From Candidatus Poribacteria bacterium (GTDB lineage: Bacteria > Poribacteria > WGA-4E > PCPOR2b), in assembly GCA_965116925.1 (NCBI GenBank), contig OZ220744.1, forward strand, positions 736,001 to 800,000: DNA of 64,000 nucleotides, written 5' to 3'. Below the pieces are notes generated by a model. It saw only the letters and a list, made by a program, of their open reading frames with translations, was not told the origin of the DNA and did not search any database. Position numbers and translations under genes: made by a program. This document shows, in pieces, positions 63,856 to 64,000 of the stretch. Position 1 is the first letter of the stretch; each line of letters begins with the position of its first letter.

Positions 63856-63994
63856 TAGGACTTACGCACTTGAACGTTCAAAGCGGGCAACCACAAGGGT
63901 TGCCCCTACAGTCAGATTTTCGGTTTATAGTCGGGCAAGCTTGTCAGGACGCGCAATGAATTGCGCTACTACAAACTGAACTGCGTAACTCCTA
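63856..63994. mobile_element. 139-bp TAGGACTTACGCA-type MITE with two GTAG hairpins
   Basis: TAGGACTTACGCA...TGCGTAACTCCTA with exact 6-bp duplication CTTGGT. Confidence 0.87.
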
Positions 63995-64000
63995 CTTGGT

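Noticed and set aside
1..64000. Autonomous transposase, RAYT, integrase, tRNA or rRNA genes
   Set aside because: No DDE, HUH or recombinase motifs in the ORF track and no cloverleaf or rRNA signature recognised by eye; tRNAscan-SE and Infernal would be needed to exclude them fully

Overview
Bacterial chromosomal window with about 40 genes and no rRNA, tRNA, CRISPR array or transposase that I can recognise. Housekeeping genes (HU, hisB, hslV-hslU, prpD, an acetate-kinase homologue, a tRNA nucleotidyltransferase, MoxR) are scattered among catabolic enzymes (3 Gfo/Idh/MocA, 2 SDR, 2 PhyH dioxygenases, LLM, flavin monooxygenase, aldolase, PfkB, amidohydrolase). The gene mix and a C-terminal (F/L)xVxPxxKxxTxWGxxK tail suggest Candidatus Poribacteria or a similar lineage; this is inference only. 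Three things stand out. (1) A 2172-aa SprA/Sov-like outer-membrane protein lies 8 kb from six tandem secreted six-bladed TolB/PD40 propellers with variable loops and a shared short C-terminal tail, a candidate non-canonical type IX-like export system. (2) The intergenic DNA holds at least five miniature IS-derived shell families, several with a clear target duplication, carrying interchangeable GTAG-type REP hairpins; they are nested and tandemly amplified. (3) A 117-bp element sits exactly on the central loop base of unrelated hairpins with an apparent 1-bp duplication, and a 20-bp palindromic unit has inserted into itself. Family assignments come from motifs read by eye; no searches were run.
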